DNA from: Octopus sinensis
Taxonomy: Eukaryota
Length of the DNA stretch: 64,000 bases
Assembly (NCBI RefSeq): GCF_006345805.1
Contig: NC_042999.1
Coordinates: 58,094,001-58,158,000, forward strand
Direction of reading: 5' to 3'
This document shows, one piece after another, positions 13,016-26,711 of this stretch. Each line of letters starts with the position of its first letter. The stretch's first letter is position 1. The position numbers and the translations under genes were made by a program. The notes under the pieces are model-generated. The model had not been told where the DNA came from. It saw only the letters and a list, made by a program, of their open reading frames with translations, and searched no databases.

Positions 13016-14296
13016 TTGGGTCATCCCATAAATAATGCAGTTTTTTCACTTGCATGAACTAAAAATTGGAGGGGGAAGGGATAAACTACCTGTATCAACT
13101 TGCTATAAAAGCAGGTAGTAATTTTACCTTGTACTTATTCTTAGCGCAAGTTTTGAAGAGTGCAGTTCGATTTTAACAGTTATCTTTTTCAAAGCTATAA
13201 TGGAAGTGACAAAGGAGCATATTTGGCATATTTTGTTTCATGAGTTCAATAAAGGCAACAATGCAATGGAAAGTGTGAGGAATATTAATGAAGTATATGG
13301 GGATTGGACAATAAACGTAAGCCAGTGTTAATGGTGGTTCCAGAAATTCTGAGCTGGAAACTACAGCCTAGAAGATGAGCCTCATCCTGGAAGATCTGTA
13401 GAACTTGACGAGGATGTCCTGAAAACCCTGATGGAACAAAATCTCATTGCAACTGTTGAAGAACTAGCAGAGAAGCTTGGATTTGGTCATTCAACCATTC
13501 ATTGATACCTGTGTGCCACCAGAAAAGTCAGCAAATTGGGTCAATGGGTTCCTCACAAACTTTCCAAGTCTTATTGCACGGAGAGAGTGAATGTATTTTC
13601 TTCTTTGCTGCCACATCTCATGAATGAACCATTTTTGGACCAAATAGTGACTGGTGATGAAGAATGGGTTCTCTATAAAAATGTGAAGTGCCAAAGACAG
13701 TGGGTAGGGAAAGGAGAAACACTGGCATCCCAGGCTAAAGAAGGTTTTCACCCATATAAAGTGTTGTTATCTATTTGGAGGGATATGAAAGGTTTAGTCC
13801 ACTTTGAACTTTTAAACCCAAACCAAATGATAACAAAGGAGATCTAATGTGAGTAGCTTAAGTCAGCACTAGAAGAAAAACGACCATCTTTGGTTTCAAG
13901 ACAAAAGGTGCTCTTCCATCAGGATAATGTTCAGCCACACACAGCAAGGATGACATTCCAAAGGCTGGAGCAGTTTGAAAGAGAAACTATACCCCACCCA
14001 CCGTATTCACTGGACATTGCCCCATCTGATTATCATTATTTCCGCAGTCATGAAAATCATTTGGACAGAAAAAATATGAATTCTGTAGATAAGGTCAGAA
14101 CAATACTGGAGGAGTATTTTTCATCACAGACAAGTGAATTTTGGAAGAGGGGCTTTGCAAGTCTACCAGACAGCGGGAAGAGCATTGTAGAAAATGAAGG
14201 AGACTATATTTTAGGTTAAAAAAGAACTTTGTTTATCTTAATTTTGAAAAATAAAGGACATATAAAAAAACCCACATTATTTATGGGATGGCCCAA
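13016..14296 (+). mobile_element. Full-length, inactivated mariner (DD34D) transposon
   Basis: TA|TTGGGTCATCCCATAAATAATG ... CATTATTTATGGGATGGCCCAA|TA; transposase from ATG 13200 with WVPHKL, TGDEEW, HQDNVQPH, YSLDIAPSDY; in-frame stops. Confidence 0.95.
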
Positions 14297-16539
14297 TATT
14301 TTGTAGTTTTCATGTCCTGTAACTTAAGTTCAATATAATAAGCACCAGACAGGAAATAAAAATTAGTGTTCACATGCTCAATTAAACCACTGATGGTGGT
14401 GTGACGGCATGGCTACAGTTTCAATGGTAGAAACTAAAACAAGAATATAGAAAAAGCAACACTGAATGATCAAATATATTGTTGTGCAGAAGCTCGATGA
14501 AAAGCTAAGAAATTACACCAACTTGGCTGTTGAATTAAAAACATTATGTCAGATCATATTTATTGGATACAGTGGTTATATAGGTAGACTATGTTCAGAA
14601 AAAAAATTACAGGATGGTTAAGGTTGGACAGCCTTTAATCTTTGGTGTACTCAATCAGGACTGACCTGGAGCTAAACAACATGTAAATGTATAATTTCTT
14701 AGAAAACAATACAATTTTGGGTAATGTGGTTTTTATTTAATTTTATTTATTGTTGTTGCTCTTTAGCTTCAGGTCTACGTATGATAAAAGGTATCCCAGC
14801 CATGATCATCCAGTCTTTTTAGAAGTATGAGCAATTACATTTTCTAATATGTCTTGTGGACATGTCAGATGGTAGGGTATATTTTGAGGTTGATTTTACT
14901 GCTATCTCTAGCATGAGGAACAAATTCGGTAAGTATTCTCCCATAGCTGTTGAGTAGAATGGAATTATCACAAGAATTAACCCAGCGCTCCATATTTCTA
15001 GCTCAAGTTCCCAGAGTCAGTTGATTTTCTAAAAGTGAGAAGCTAAGTTTTATGGCCTGAACAAACAGACCTATTTTTAAAAGCATTCAAATTATGACCA
15101 TCCCATATTTTTGTATATCTAGGCCCACATAGTCCTATATATCCTTCATATGCAACAGAACATGTGATTTATTTGAAGGAAATTTGTTCCTGGTCGGTTG
15201 GTGGTTCTCAACCTGTTTGATTTTGCAGTGCACAAGATATCATTAAAATGAAAAAACGACTAGTGCACTTCACATGGAAAACTTGAAAAATAGAAACTGT
15301 TGTAAATTTAAAACTTTAGGAGAAAAAAGGAAAAATTTTGCTTACCTTTATTTTTGTAATAATACTTGCATATATTAAAAAAAAAAAATGAATTGTAAGA
15401 TGAAGCATTAGTATGGATTTTCTAAAGCTGTAAATCTTATTAAAAAATCTATGGTGCATCAACAAAGGCCCTTGAGGTGCACTGAGGACTACAAGTATAG
15501 AGACACCTTCTACAATACTGTATGGTAGTGAGAAAGGTTAGAGAGAAATGATTTGCATATGGAAGACATTGACATGCATGAAAGTTAAAGTACTGAAGTA
15601 CAAGCGAGCTGAAAGAGTGGCTGGGCATTAGAGGCATTGGCCGATACATGCACGAGAGACAGTTGCCTTGGTATAGACATGCAAAGAACTAGAATATAAG
15701 TGCTAACAATCGAAGGTACCCCTTATCAGAAGAAGCCTTAGGAAGAGATGAAGAGGTCAGAACTTATGCCAGCATAGAAAAAATAGATGCTAAAACAATG
15801 ATAATGGTGGTGGTGATGATGACAGCGATAAAGATGGACTATACTATGGTCAACAGGCTTTATATCAATTTAGCTTAGTCAAGAAAGGAAAGACAATACC
15901 CATGGCACTTTCCAGGATTTCTGTAACTGGTGGGAAAAAGGGAAGAAGACAGGAAAGTATCAAACCTCAGACAGGAGCCCTAATTTGATTGCAGACAGAG
16001 CAGACTATACTAAAGTACTCAAGGACCAGGTGGTGATGTTAAAACAGTTGATTAAGTTAACCTGATAAGAAAGAACAAGAATGGTCCCGCTGACAACATC
16101 CAAACATATACCAAATTTCACTCATAAGGTACTGGTCGACTCAAGGCTAACATAGAAAACATTTACCTAAGGTGTAAGGTGCCATACAGTGGGACTGAAC
16201 TAGAAACTTCCTAGTTGTGAAGCAAACTTCCTTAACCACACAACTATACCTGTACCCACTTAGCAGACAACTACAATATCAGATCTGTGTTTAGTGAACT
16301 GATCTCTATGAATATCAAACATCCCATAATACTTTGGTATGTTCTATGTAAATTTGTCAGTTGTTGCTGATATATCTGTTGTCAACTCGCAGTTTAGTTT
16401 CCACTGAAAAAATATGACATTGCAGTATATCTACATCTTTAACATTGCTGTTTCTTAAGTTCATCAGTGACATTAATAAAATAATAGTAATGATAACACT
16501 ATCATCATCATCACTATTATTAACATTGCTACCATCCTT

Positions 16540-16932
16540 TCCCCAATTTACAGCACCATCAAATAAATTGTAACACTCACACTTTATAGCCTCGATTTCT
16601 AAGTTTGTCAACCAATGTCCTCTCTTACCGAGTGTGTTGGTATTATTCGCATGGCAGAATATTTGTTTTTTCTGATCAGCTATTCTTTGTTCGGTGAAGG
16701 TTGTATCAGGGTATAGTTGTTTCCAGTATCGATGCATTGATTGCCTGTATGATGTGGAAGAATTTATAATGGCCTTGAAGTAGCAGTGGACAATCTCTAA
16801 ATTCATTTCCTTTGTCCACCGCATTCTTTGTCTTGTCTCTGCGTAATTTTTTCGATGTTTTCTCTTTTGTATCGGCATATCTTGAGCAGACAAAAGGCTA
16901 TCCTTTACAGCATGCATTGTTGATGAATACAA
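16540..16932 (-). mobile_element. R4/Dong N-terminal (Myb-like) coding fragment, open frame
   Basis: RMRWTKEMNLEIVHCYF...YRQSMHRYWKQLYP...TEQRIADQKKQI...LTNLEIEAI resembles the R4/Dong N-terminus. Confidence 0.7.
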
Positions 16933-17763
16933 GTCCTAGTAAAGAAACTGTCTAATAAAATATATAAAATATTTTGAGAGAACCTTTTATAACTTCAAGT
17001 CAGAGTGATGTTAAATGCATCCAACTGTTATGAAAGAATTATTGAATTATTATTGAAGGCATACAGCCTTGTGGTTAGGAATTGGGTTCACAGTCATAAG
17101 ACTGTGGGTTCAATTCTTTTATTATTTTATTATTATTATTATGGTTGAAGCTGTTATTATTGTTTATCAAATTTTAAACAGTTTTATGAGAGTTTTTACC
17201 ACCAGGTGTAATTTAGTGTTTCTAACGTGTGTAGGAGGGGGGGCTCTGAAAGGGGTCTCAGGAAGTAGCATCCCTGCCTTCCTGAGCTAATTTTCCACCA
17301 CATTTCTTAAAAATCGTGGTAGAGGCCTTGGTCTCAGGATTGCTAATGTCTAGAAAGTGAGGTTTGGAGTAAGCAAATGCATGCTCAATGTAGAAAATCC
17401 AGCTCCAAAAAAAGCCTCATGATAGCAAAGGAGAATGGACACCAGCCAGCCCAAAGGTTGGGGTGGGCTGCACCTGCCTACCTCAGTTGCTATGGCATTG
17501 AGGAAGATCTGGCCACCGCTGTTAATGGGCACAAAACCCAGGTTTAAAACAATAAATGATGATGATGATGAATGTGCGGGCAGAATATAGAATTTAGTTT
17601 GACTTCGAAATCAGTTTTGTTGCTTCAGTATTATTTTAGCTTTCCATATGTTGTGTAGAGCATGGACAATGTGAACTGTGTTATTTTGTTAGATAGGGTT
17701 CATATTTTATACATCCTATGAGATCGGTGTTGTGTTTTGGTATTGGCCAGTGATTGTGTAGAG

Positions 17764-18248
17764 CAGCAGTTCCCAACTTTTTGGCACCACAGACTGGTAT
17801 CATCAAGACAATTTTTCATGGACCAGGGGATCATGTGCATAAAACACAAAATGCATAATATATCATTTAGTTACAGCATATACAAGACACTCATATAAGG
17901 CACTGAGTTGGCAGAAACGTTAGCACGCCAGGCGAAATGCTTAGTGGTATTTTGTCTGCTGTTACGTTCTGAGTTCAAATTCTGCCAAGGTTGACTTTGC
18001 CTTTCATCCTTTCAGGGATCGATAAATTAAGTACCAGTTACGCACTGGGGTTGATGCAATTGACTTAATCCGTTTGTCCCCTCTATGTTTAGCCCCTTAT
18101 GGGCAATAAAGAAACATATATAATGCCCTTCAGACTGTGATAGTCAATAAAGTAGAAATAAAATTAAAAAATTTATTCTTTCTTTGTAACCCTGTTTCAA
18201 ATGATCCATGATCTGGCTGGTTTGCAGCCCAATGGTTAGGGGCCCATG
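17764..18248. mobile_element. hAT (Charlie-like) MITE carrying a SINE insertion
   Basis: Starts CAGCAGTTCCCAAC; 8-bp flanks GTGTAGAG / GTGTGGAG. Confidence 0.65.
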
Positions 18249-18573
18249 GTGTGGAGTATGTGCTGTGTGGGTTGGATTATATTGATGGGTAATAAATGTG
18301 AATTGTTGGTGCCTTAGTGCTGGGTATCATTTATACAAGCGCATATGTTGTACTATTTTATTGGGTATTGGTGGTGTAGAATTTGTGTTGTGTTATATTA
18401 TTTGGTAGTGATCCTGCTAAGTTTGTATTATTTTATAAAGTAGCAATTATACAGAGTTATTATTTTTACTCTAACTTCTGAGCTCAAATCTCACCAAGAA
18501 TCTGTGACCTAATATTATTTAAAATTCTATCGAAGTCAACTTTGTCTTTCATCTTTCTGGAATCAATAAAATA

Positions 18574-18911
18574 AGGAAGCGCTACAAAGACTGCCTCAAG
18601 AGGTCTCTAACAGCATATCATATTAACTACCAATGCTGGTCAGACCTGGCTGCAGACCGTGATGTCTGGTGCCACACAATCTTCAACGCAGTCAGCAAGT
18701 TTGAGGAACAAAGAAGAGACGCACTTAAAGACAAGAGACGCAGGAGGAAGGTGCGAGCCACTTCTGACACCACACCGGATGTTACCTTTGTCTGTGGGCA
18801 CTGCTCACGGACCTGCCTTTCCTATATCAGACTTGTCAGTCATGAGCATGGATGCATGCAATATGGACAGCCTTCCTGATCTTCATTCGCGAAGCCGAGC
18901 CATGATGATGA
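18574..18911 (+). mobile_element. RTE (BovB-like) LINE 3' end
   Basis: RKRYKDCLK...W.TLAADRDVW...FVCGHCSRTCLSYIRLVSHEHGC followed by an (ATG)n tail. Confidence 0.8.
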
Positions 18912-21900
18912 TATACTGCGGTTACAAAATAAAGTATATATCAAGTACTGGAGTTTATTAAATTAGCAACACCCCCACCCAAATTTGAGACCTTGTGGTT
19001 ATGAAAGAAATCATCATCATTATTACTACTACTATTTCTTCTATTAATTATTATGCAGTCATTTGGGAGAAAGCGTGGAAGGAAGCATTGGGTTGGCAGA
19101 ATGGGTAAAGTACTTATCCTTGCATCACTGATATTATCCCAGCCAAATATGGATTTTACCCAAGGTGGGGTAATTAATCTGAGTTTGGAAACCACTGCTA
19201 TAAGACATCTTAAATGTGAATGGAATTAATAATAGAACATAACACAAGTTAGTTCAAAAAGTGTTAAGAATGAAAATATATTAGAAAAACTTTAAACATT
19301 TTTAAATGTTAAAAGAAATCCATGTTAATCATTTTTCCTCTTTTTTTTTTCTTATCAAAAGACAAAGAAAAGAAAGGGAAAGATAAACTGAAATTTACTA
19401 TTTTAGGAGATTAATGAAATACAATGCTAAAAATAGTGAGATAGAAAAATAACAAAATAAATCAAAATATTAGTCGTTTTGAATATTATCGTCAAACAAC
19501 CAGTATTTCTACCTAATTCCTTTTCTATGAAATTGAAATGAACACAAGCAACAGTAAAATGCAAGTGTTCAATAGCTAAATTGGGTCAGCCAACAAATAC
19601 TTGCCCAAAGTTATACTTCTTACAGTGAAAATTGCTGAGTGGGAGACTATGGTCTCTTCAGGTATTACCATCATCATCATCATCAACAGGTCAACAAAAG
19701 AACCTCTTCATGGTAGCTCAACTACATAGGTAATCTGGATGCTAGAAATAACAACTAAGGTGACGAACTGGCAGAAACGTTAGCACACTGGGCAAAATGC
19801 TTAGCAGTATTTTGTCTGCCTTTACGTTCTGAGTTCAAATTCCGCTGAGGTCGACTTTGCCTTTCATCCTTTCGGGGTCAATTAAATAAGTACCAGTTGT
19901 GCACTGGGGTCGATATAATCGACTTAATCCCTTTGTCTGTCCTTATTTGTCCTGTCTGTGTTTAGCCCCTTGTGGGTAGTAAAGAATGGGTATTTCGTTT
20001 ACCGTTACGTCCTGAGTTCAAATTCTGCCGAGATCAACTTTGCCTTTCATTCTTTCAGGGTTGATTAAATAAGTACCTGTTACACACTGGGGTCAATATA
20101 ATCGACTTAATCCGTTTGTCTGTCCTTGTTTGTCCCCTCTATGTTTAGCCCCTTGTGGGCAATAAAGAAATAAGAAATAACAACTAAATTTCCTAAAATA
20201 ACACACTACCATCTTTAAAAAGAATACATACATTTGATAATATAGGTGAGGTTACTTTTTTGTTGAAAAACTACTACACCTCATCTTAGCCAAACAACTT
20301 ATTTCATGAAAATTAGGCAGGATGATTATAGCTTGAATGATTTTTGATACTAGGTTTGTCATCAAAGTTGATTCGAAGGCTTAGCACTAACAACAATAAT
20401 GAGAAACATCATCAAGTTTTAATGATTAATGTTTAATTATTCACACTGGGATTAGCTCAGTGGATCTGCAACGCTGTAAATTATATCACTCTTTTCAGTT
20501 CTCTGTGACCTTGTCTGAAAAGCATACTATGTGACATAAACACATAAAAATAACACTTTTTTTAATTAATTATATGCACTGATCAGACATATTAAGTGAA
20601 ATGGCAACAACTGGAGACTGAAACTGCCATAGATTTGTAGGGTAGACATAACAAAAAAAAAAAGAAAAAACAAATTCTGTATTTTTAAATATATTATACA
20701 GCTTGAGGAAAATATATTAAAATATATTATTATATACAGCTTAATGAAAATGGACCATGATCATATCTTTCGCTCCTTTGCACGGGTTATTATTGTTTAA
20801 ACTATGGTTCAACTCTCAGCAAGTATACATATGATAAAAAGTGTTCCAGCTGTGACCAGCTTGTCTTTCTGTATATCATGGACTACATTTTCCAATGAAT
20901 CATTAACTATTTAAGATGGTGCAGTGTGATTTAGCATAGATTAAGTGGTTATTTTTCACCAGTTGAGTCAGTGTGAAGGTGAACTCTCACTGGCGTGTCT
21001 GAATATTGCATCTTACGCAGACAAGTGGTGGCTTATGGAATTAAAGATTCAATATGAACTTCTGTTGTTTCATGGTTGTAGGGAAGATGTGGGCAGGGAG
21101 CATGTTTCAGAAGGTTATCGTTCTTGGATGAGATGATCAGGTGAGTGTTTAGCACACAGTCTGGAAAATGAGGTACAGTAGGAAAGGACAGGTACATTAT
21201 TTAATAATAACGTACCAGTTGTATAAATTCAGAGCAATAGAAAGAATTGTAGTAGCATTAGAAAAGGTACAAGGTAGTAAAAGAAAGAGTAGTAGTAGCA
21301 GTAGGAAAGAGTGTAGCAGGAATATTAAGAGAGCAACAGCAAGCCTATTTAAAATTTACACCTCTTCCGTATTGACAAAGAGTTATCTGTAATATTTGTC
21401 ATATACAGATCTTGTGGGCAGACCTTATTTTCTATTGTTCATTTTAAAATACTTGATGTTTCTATTTAATCTACTTCTTTATTTTGGGATAGCAGTAAAT
21501 TATTAGAGTAATTCTTTTGTTACAACTTAGATAAGGAAGTAGAGTACATATGACCCATTTGAACGTCTTCCACAACAGGTGAAATCATTACAATTTAATG
21601 TTCAGTTTGAAAATTTATCATCATTAGCTCATTAATAAAGAATTTACCTTTTTAGAAACACAAGATCATTTTTAAACAGGAAAGGGCATAAGGAATTATC
21701 TTAATTCAAGAATATTATTAGTACTGTATATGCCAGTGTATAAGATGTCCTTTTTTTTTTTTTTAATTTTTAAATGGATCAAAAAATTGCCACATGTTTA
21801 ATGCAACTGTATTAGAGATGTGATGCTGAGTGGAAGATGAAACATTAAATTTGTTTTTTCCACAAAAGAGTAGGGGTTTGTCTCATGTGAGAGTGCCTCT

Positions 21901-22000
21901 TATACATGGGAAAATACAGTACTTATTTTCTCAACTCCACCAAAATGTAAGGTAAACTAATCAAAAATAATAATATATATACTCAACAAAACATACGAAC

Positions 22001-22057
22001 CTGTACCAGAATCTAAATCTACTTCAAGATCTTCCAAAAACTTCTTTTTTTTTTCAA
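22001..22057 (-). CDS. Host gene coding exon (2nd reconstructed)
   Basis: Acceptor tttttgtttattcatatag|TT and donor CAG|gttcgt; 57 nt, phase 1 to 1, EKKKKFLEDLEVDLDSGT. Confidence 0.75.
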
Positions 22058-22449
22058 CTATATGAATAAACAAAAACAGATTTAAATGAACCAATTAATA
22101 AAAAACAAACAAACAAAAAAACACATTAACAATTCTGATTACAGAACAAGGAATCACACACAATTAAGATAAACAAGAGCTTGCATAAGCTAACTGCATT
22201 GAAAGGATATATATATATATATAATTAATTAGAAAGATTAATCTTGTATATGATAAAATGCAATGTGTTCTGTTGGTCATACTGGGAAAGGGGAAACTAA
22301 AACAAATGGAGTAGGAGTGAGTGACGGTCAGAGATGCTAAATGTAAGCAAATTGCTGGTATTTTAATAAAAATTTATATCAAATTATATTTCTTATATCA
22401 ATTTCCCATACACACACAAATATATATATACTCTTTTTTTTTTTTTAAT

Positions 22450-22654
22450 CTTTTACTTGTTTCAGTCATTTGACTGTGGCCATGCTGGAGCACTGCCTTT
22501 AGTCGAGCAAATCGACCCTAGGACTTATTCTTTGTAAGCCTAGTACTTATTCTATCGGTCTCTTTTACCGAAACGCTAAGTTACAGCGACGTAAACACAC
22601 CAGCATCGGTTGTCAAGCGATGTTGTGGGGACAAACACAGACACACAAACATAT

Positions 22655-22715
<61 letters not shown>

Positions 22716-22873
22716 TACGACAGGCTTCTTTCAGTTTCCGTCTACCAAATCCACTTACAAGGCTTTGGTCGACCCGAGGCTATAATAGAAGAGACTTGGC
22801 CAAGGTGCCACTCAGTGGGACTGAACCAGGAACCATGTGGTTGGTAAACAAGCTACTTACCACACAGCCACTC
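22450..22873 (-). mobile_element. CORE-like tRNA-derived SINE with internal (TA)n; copies at 23968-24350 (+) and 30890-31327 (+)
   Basis: Head GGCTGTGTGGTAAG...GGTTCAGTCCC, CORE-like GGCACCTTGGGCAAGTG, tail CAGTCAAATGACTGAAACAAGTAAAAGA. Confidence 0.85.
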
Positions 22874-22884
22874 ATATATATGAA

Positions 22885-23268
22885 ATTAGATATTAAACAC
22901 CTTGTTTGTCCTTAACACATGTTGGCTGATATACCCTCCAGCCTTCATCAGGCGTCTTGCGGAAATTTCAAACATGGGTTCTCATTCCTAAGGTATTTTT
23001 TAGATGTTATTATTATTATTATTATTCAGGTCACTGCCTGGAATCAGACTCAGAATCTTGGGGTTAGTAGCCCGCGCTCTTAACCACTACGCCATATGCC
23101 TGTGGGTTCCAAATTCAGACCTACAGCATGATACATGGGCACATGGCATAGTGGTAAAGAGCGCAGGCAACTAATTCCAAGATTCCGAGTTCGATTCTAG
23201 GCAGTGACCTGAATAATAATAATAACATCTAAAAATACTTTAGGAATGAGAACCCAGGTTTGAAATTT
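22885..23268. mobile_element. Inverted pair of tRNA-headed elements with a degenerate hammerhead (Penelope-like arrangement)
   Basis: Arms ~22963-23100 and 23138-23268 are reverse complements; A/B-box-like tRNA head; CTGATGA-AGGCTG..CAGCC at 22924-22951 (-). Confidence 0.6.
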
Positions 23269-24899
23269 ACAACCCTGTAACTTACTGATATACCAAGAGA
23301 CTGATAGAATAAGTACTAGGGTTAAAAAATAAATACTGGGGTTGATTTGTTTAACTAAAACCCTTCAAGGCAGTGCCTCAGAATGGCTGCAGTCTAATGA
23401 TTGAAACAAGAAAAAGATAAAAGGTAATATATATATATGCACACACACACACACACACACACGCACTTGTACATGACATGTGTTGGATGGTTTGACTGAA
23501 AACTGGTAAGCCAGGGAGCTGCACCAGGTTCTGATCTGATTTGGCAAGATTTCTATGGCTGGATGCCCTTCCTAATGCCAACCACTCCAAGAGTGTAGTG
23601 GGTGCTTTTTACATGACACTGGCATGGGTGCTATTGACCTGACACCGGCTTCAGTCACGACTATGGTCTCACTTGGCTTAACAGGTCTACACAAGCATGG
23701 TATATCACCAAAGGTCTTGGTCACTTGTCACTACATCCATGATATTTTGTGAAATAAAATAATTACATAGTCATCCGGTTTCATTTGTGCTAATCATATA
23801 TATATAAACGTTACAATTCTGTAAATGATTAACATCCTTCTTCCTACTAACATGGAATGAAAACTTATGACAGCCTGAAATTGTAATATTATCTCTAAAT
23901 TTATAGTTACGATTAGCAAACATGAAACTGGATGACTATGTAAATATCTTATTTCATGAAAATATATAGGCATGGCTGTGTGGTAAGAAGCTTCCGGGTT
24001 CAGTCCCACTGCATGGCACCTTGGGCAAGTGTCTTCTGTTATAGCCTCAGGCTTGCCAAAGCCTTGTAAGTGGATTTGGTAGAAGGAAACTGAAAGAAGC
24101 CTGTTATATATATATGTATGTATGTTTGTATGTATATATTTATGTGTCTGTGTTTGTCCTCCACCCCCGCTATTGCTTGACAATCGATGCTGGTATTTAT
24201 GTCCCTGTTACTTAGCAGTTCAGCAAAAGAGATTGATAGAATAAATACCAGGCTTACAAAGAATAAGTCCTGGAGTCGATTTCTTTGACTAAAAACCCTT
24301 TAAGGTGGTGCTCCAGCATGGTCACAGTCAAATGACTGAAACAAGTAAAAAAATGAAAAAGTATATATATATTTTGTTCAGCATAAAATTTCTGCGTGTT
24401 TTCCTTTTTATATTTTTCACTATTATTCACCAAATGGAGTAAAAGGCACCCAGCACACTTTGTAAAGTGGTGATCGTTACCGCGCCGCCTTACTAGCACT
24501 TGTGCTGGTGGCATGTGAAATATTCGAACGAGGTCGTCGCCAGTGCCGCTGGACTGGCTCCTGTGCAGGTGGCACGTAAAAAGCACCATTTGGGCGTGGT
24601 CGTTGCCAGTACCACCAAACTGGCCCTCATGCTGGTGGCACGTAAAAGCACCCACTACACTCTCGGAGTGATTGGCGTTAGGAAGGGCATCAAGCTGTAG
24701 AAACTCTGCCAGATCAGATTGGAGTCTGGTTCGCCAAACCTCAGTCAAATCGTCCAACCCATGCTAGCATGGAAAGCGGACGTTAAATGATGATGATGTT
24801 GGCGTTAGGAAGGGCATCCAACCACACAAACCAAGCCAAATTAAACTGGAACCTGGTGCAACTCTCCTGCTTGTCAGCTCTGGTCAAACTGTCCAACCC

Positions 24900-25120
24900 A
24901 TTTACTATGTTACGCCAGACTTCACGGTCCATCATAGCATTACGGAGGTCCTGTTGCTGGATGCCTGTATCCCAGGAGATTACATCAGGGTAGGAGAGTG
25001 TGCACCCTCTGGTATCGCGAGCAGATGGCTTCCAGAGGAGAAGAGTAGAAATTACCTCGTTTTCAGCTCTACAACAATGTCCAGCAAACTTGATTCTTCT
25101 ACCTTTCACAAGAGATGATA
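24900..25120 (-). mobile_element. RTE LINE C-terminal fragment
   Basis: RRIKFAGHCCRA...LLLWKP...MMDREVWR. Confidence 0.75.
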
Positions 25121-26514
25121 CAAGGTCTTAGTCTGAAAACAAATTCCTTTCTTCCTTCTAGCCAGTCTCAATAGTCATGAAAAGGTCATACTCAGCCTTC
25201 TAAACTTTGTTTCTAATCTTTGGCCTGTTCCTATATTTCTACTCTCAACCAATATATTCTTTTTCTCTTATGCAGTGGTAGAATTGGTCAAGTGCTGGAC
25301 AAAATGCCCTGTAGTATATAGTAATACTTTTTTATATTCTGAGTTCATATCACACGGTGGTTGACTTTGTCATTAATCTTTTAGTGATCAATTAAATGAA
25401 TACTAGCACCAGGATTAATTTAAGCTACAGTTCCCTCTTCCATAATGTATTAACGTGTGTTTATGTTAGAAATCCTAACTTGTCTCTACTAATCCTTAAT
25501 GATATACTACTTTTCACTTCAACTTTCTAAGACTAACTTTTTTTTAGAGTTACATCTTTTTAAAGTTACCTCATTCACTTGTACCAGTACTACGTACAAT
25601 GCATTCATGTCAATGTCACATAAATACGCCCAGGCCAGTGAGATGTAAAAAGTACCCACCACAGTCTATGAAGTGGTTGCATTAGGAAGGCCATTGAGCC
25701 GTAGTAACCATGCCAAAACAGACATCAGTGCCTGAACAGTTTGCTAGCTTCAGTCAAACCGTCCAACCCATGCCAACATGGAAAATGAACAGTGCAATAC
25801 TTCGTAATCTTGATGTTCGTTTTAGAGATGTTACTACAACTTTTAGCAAGTAGTAATAATATACAAGAGTGATGATATACAGAAACTATTGTTGTTTAAC
25901 TTTGGATAAGCCCTTATTGAGTAGCCCTACGATCAGAAGCGTTCCAACCATTACTACTCATAATAGTGAGTTATTCAGTATTATCAATAACACTCAAATT
26001 AAATAACCTACCATTGTTTGTTCCTTCTCGAGCCATGCCTGGCTCATAAGGACCGGTTTCCTTGGCATATCGGTTCCCCACCTGGATGGGACGCCGGTAC
26101 GTCACAGGTGAGCTGCAAGATGCAGGAAGAAAGAGTGAGAGGAAACTGTGGCGAAAGAGTCAGCATATGTTCGCCATTATCTTTTGCCGGAGCCGCGTGC
26201 AGCTTAGGTGTTTCGCTCATAAACACACACACATCGCTCGGTCTGAGATTCGAACCCGCGATCCCTCGACCACGAGTCAGCTGCTCTAACAAATAACAAA
26301 TTTGTGCCTCCACAAATAACCTACCATAGATGTAACCCTAATCACAATTTGATATTAATGTTTGGTGACACACATAGTTACACCAAAACGCCTACTACTC
26401 TTTTCCCTTCTTTTTCCTTATCATAAGAATTTTAAACACAAGAATGTGTTGATGAGATTGTAAATTGATGGAGATTTAACTGCTATTTCTAACAGTTCAA
26501 ACGATCATATAGAG

Positions 26515-26711
26515 CAAGGGTTCTCAATTATTCTTTATCTATGGACCCCTTCGATTCCTATTTTACTAGGGTGGCCCTTCATAGCCATTCAATGTTTAAA
26601 AAATCCTAATATACTTTTAGAATTAAATATTATTAGGAACTGTATAAAAAATTGTGAAAATATCTTGTGCTTTGATCATAAATTTTAACAAAATCTCATC
26701 GAGAACCACTG
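26515..26711. mobile_element. hAT MITE
   Basis: CAAGGGTTCTCAA ... TCGAGAACCACTG termini; 8-bp flanks ATATAGAG / ATGTAGAG. Confidence 0.75.

Noticed and set aside
15346-15428. AG...GTAAG-bounded segment on the minus strand
   Set aside because: Stop codon in the required phase and a T-run; not compatible with the reconstructed coding frame
21362-21431. Possible extra phase 1 to 2 exon on the minus strand
   Set aside because: Weak acceptor and donor; the 2224-2272 exon fills this phase with much better sites
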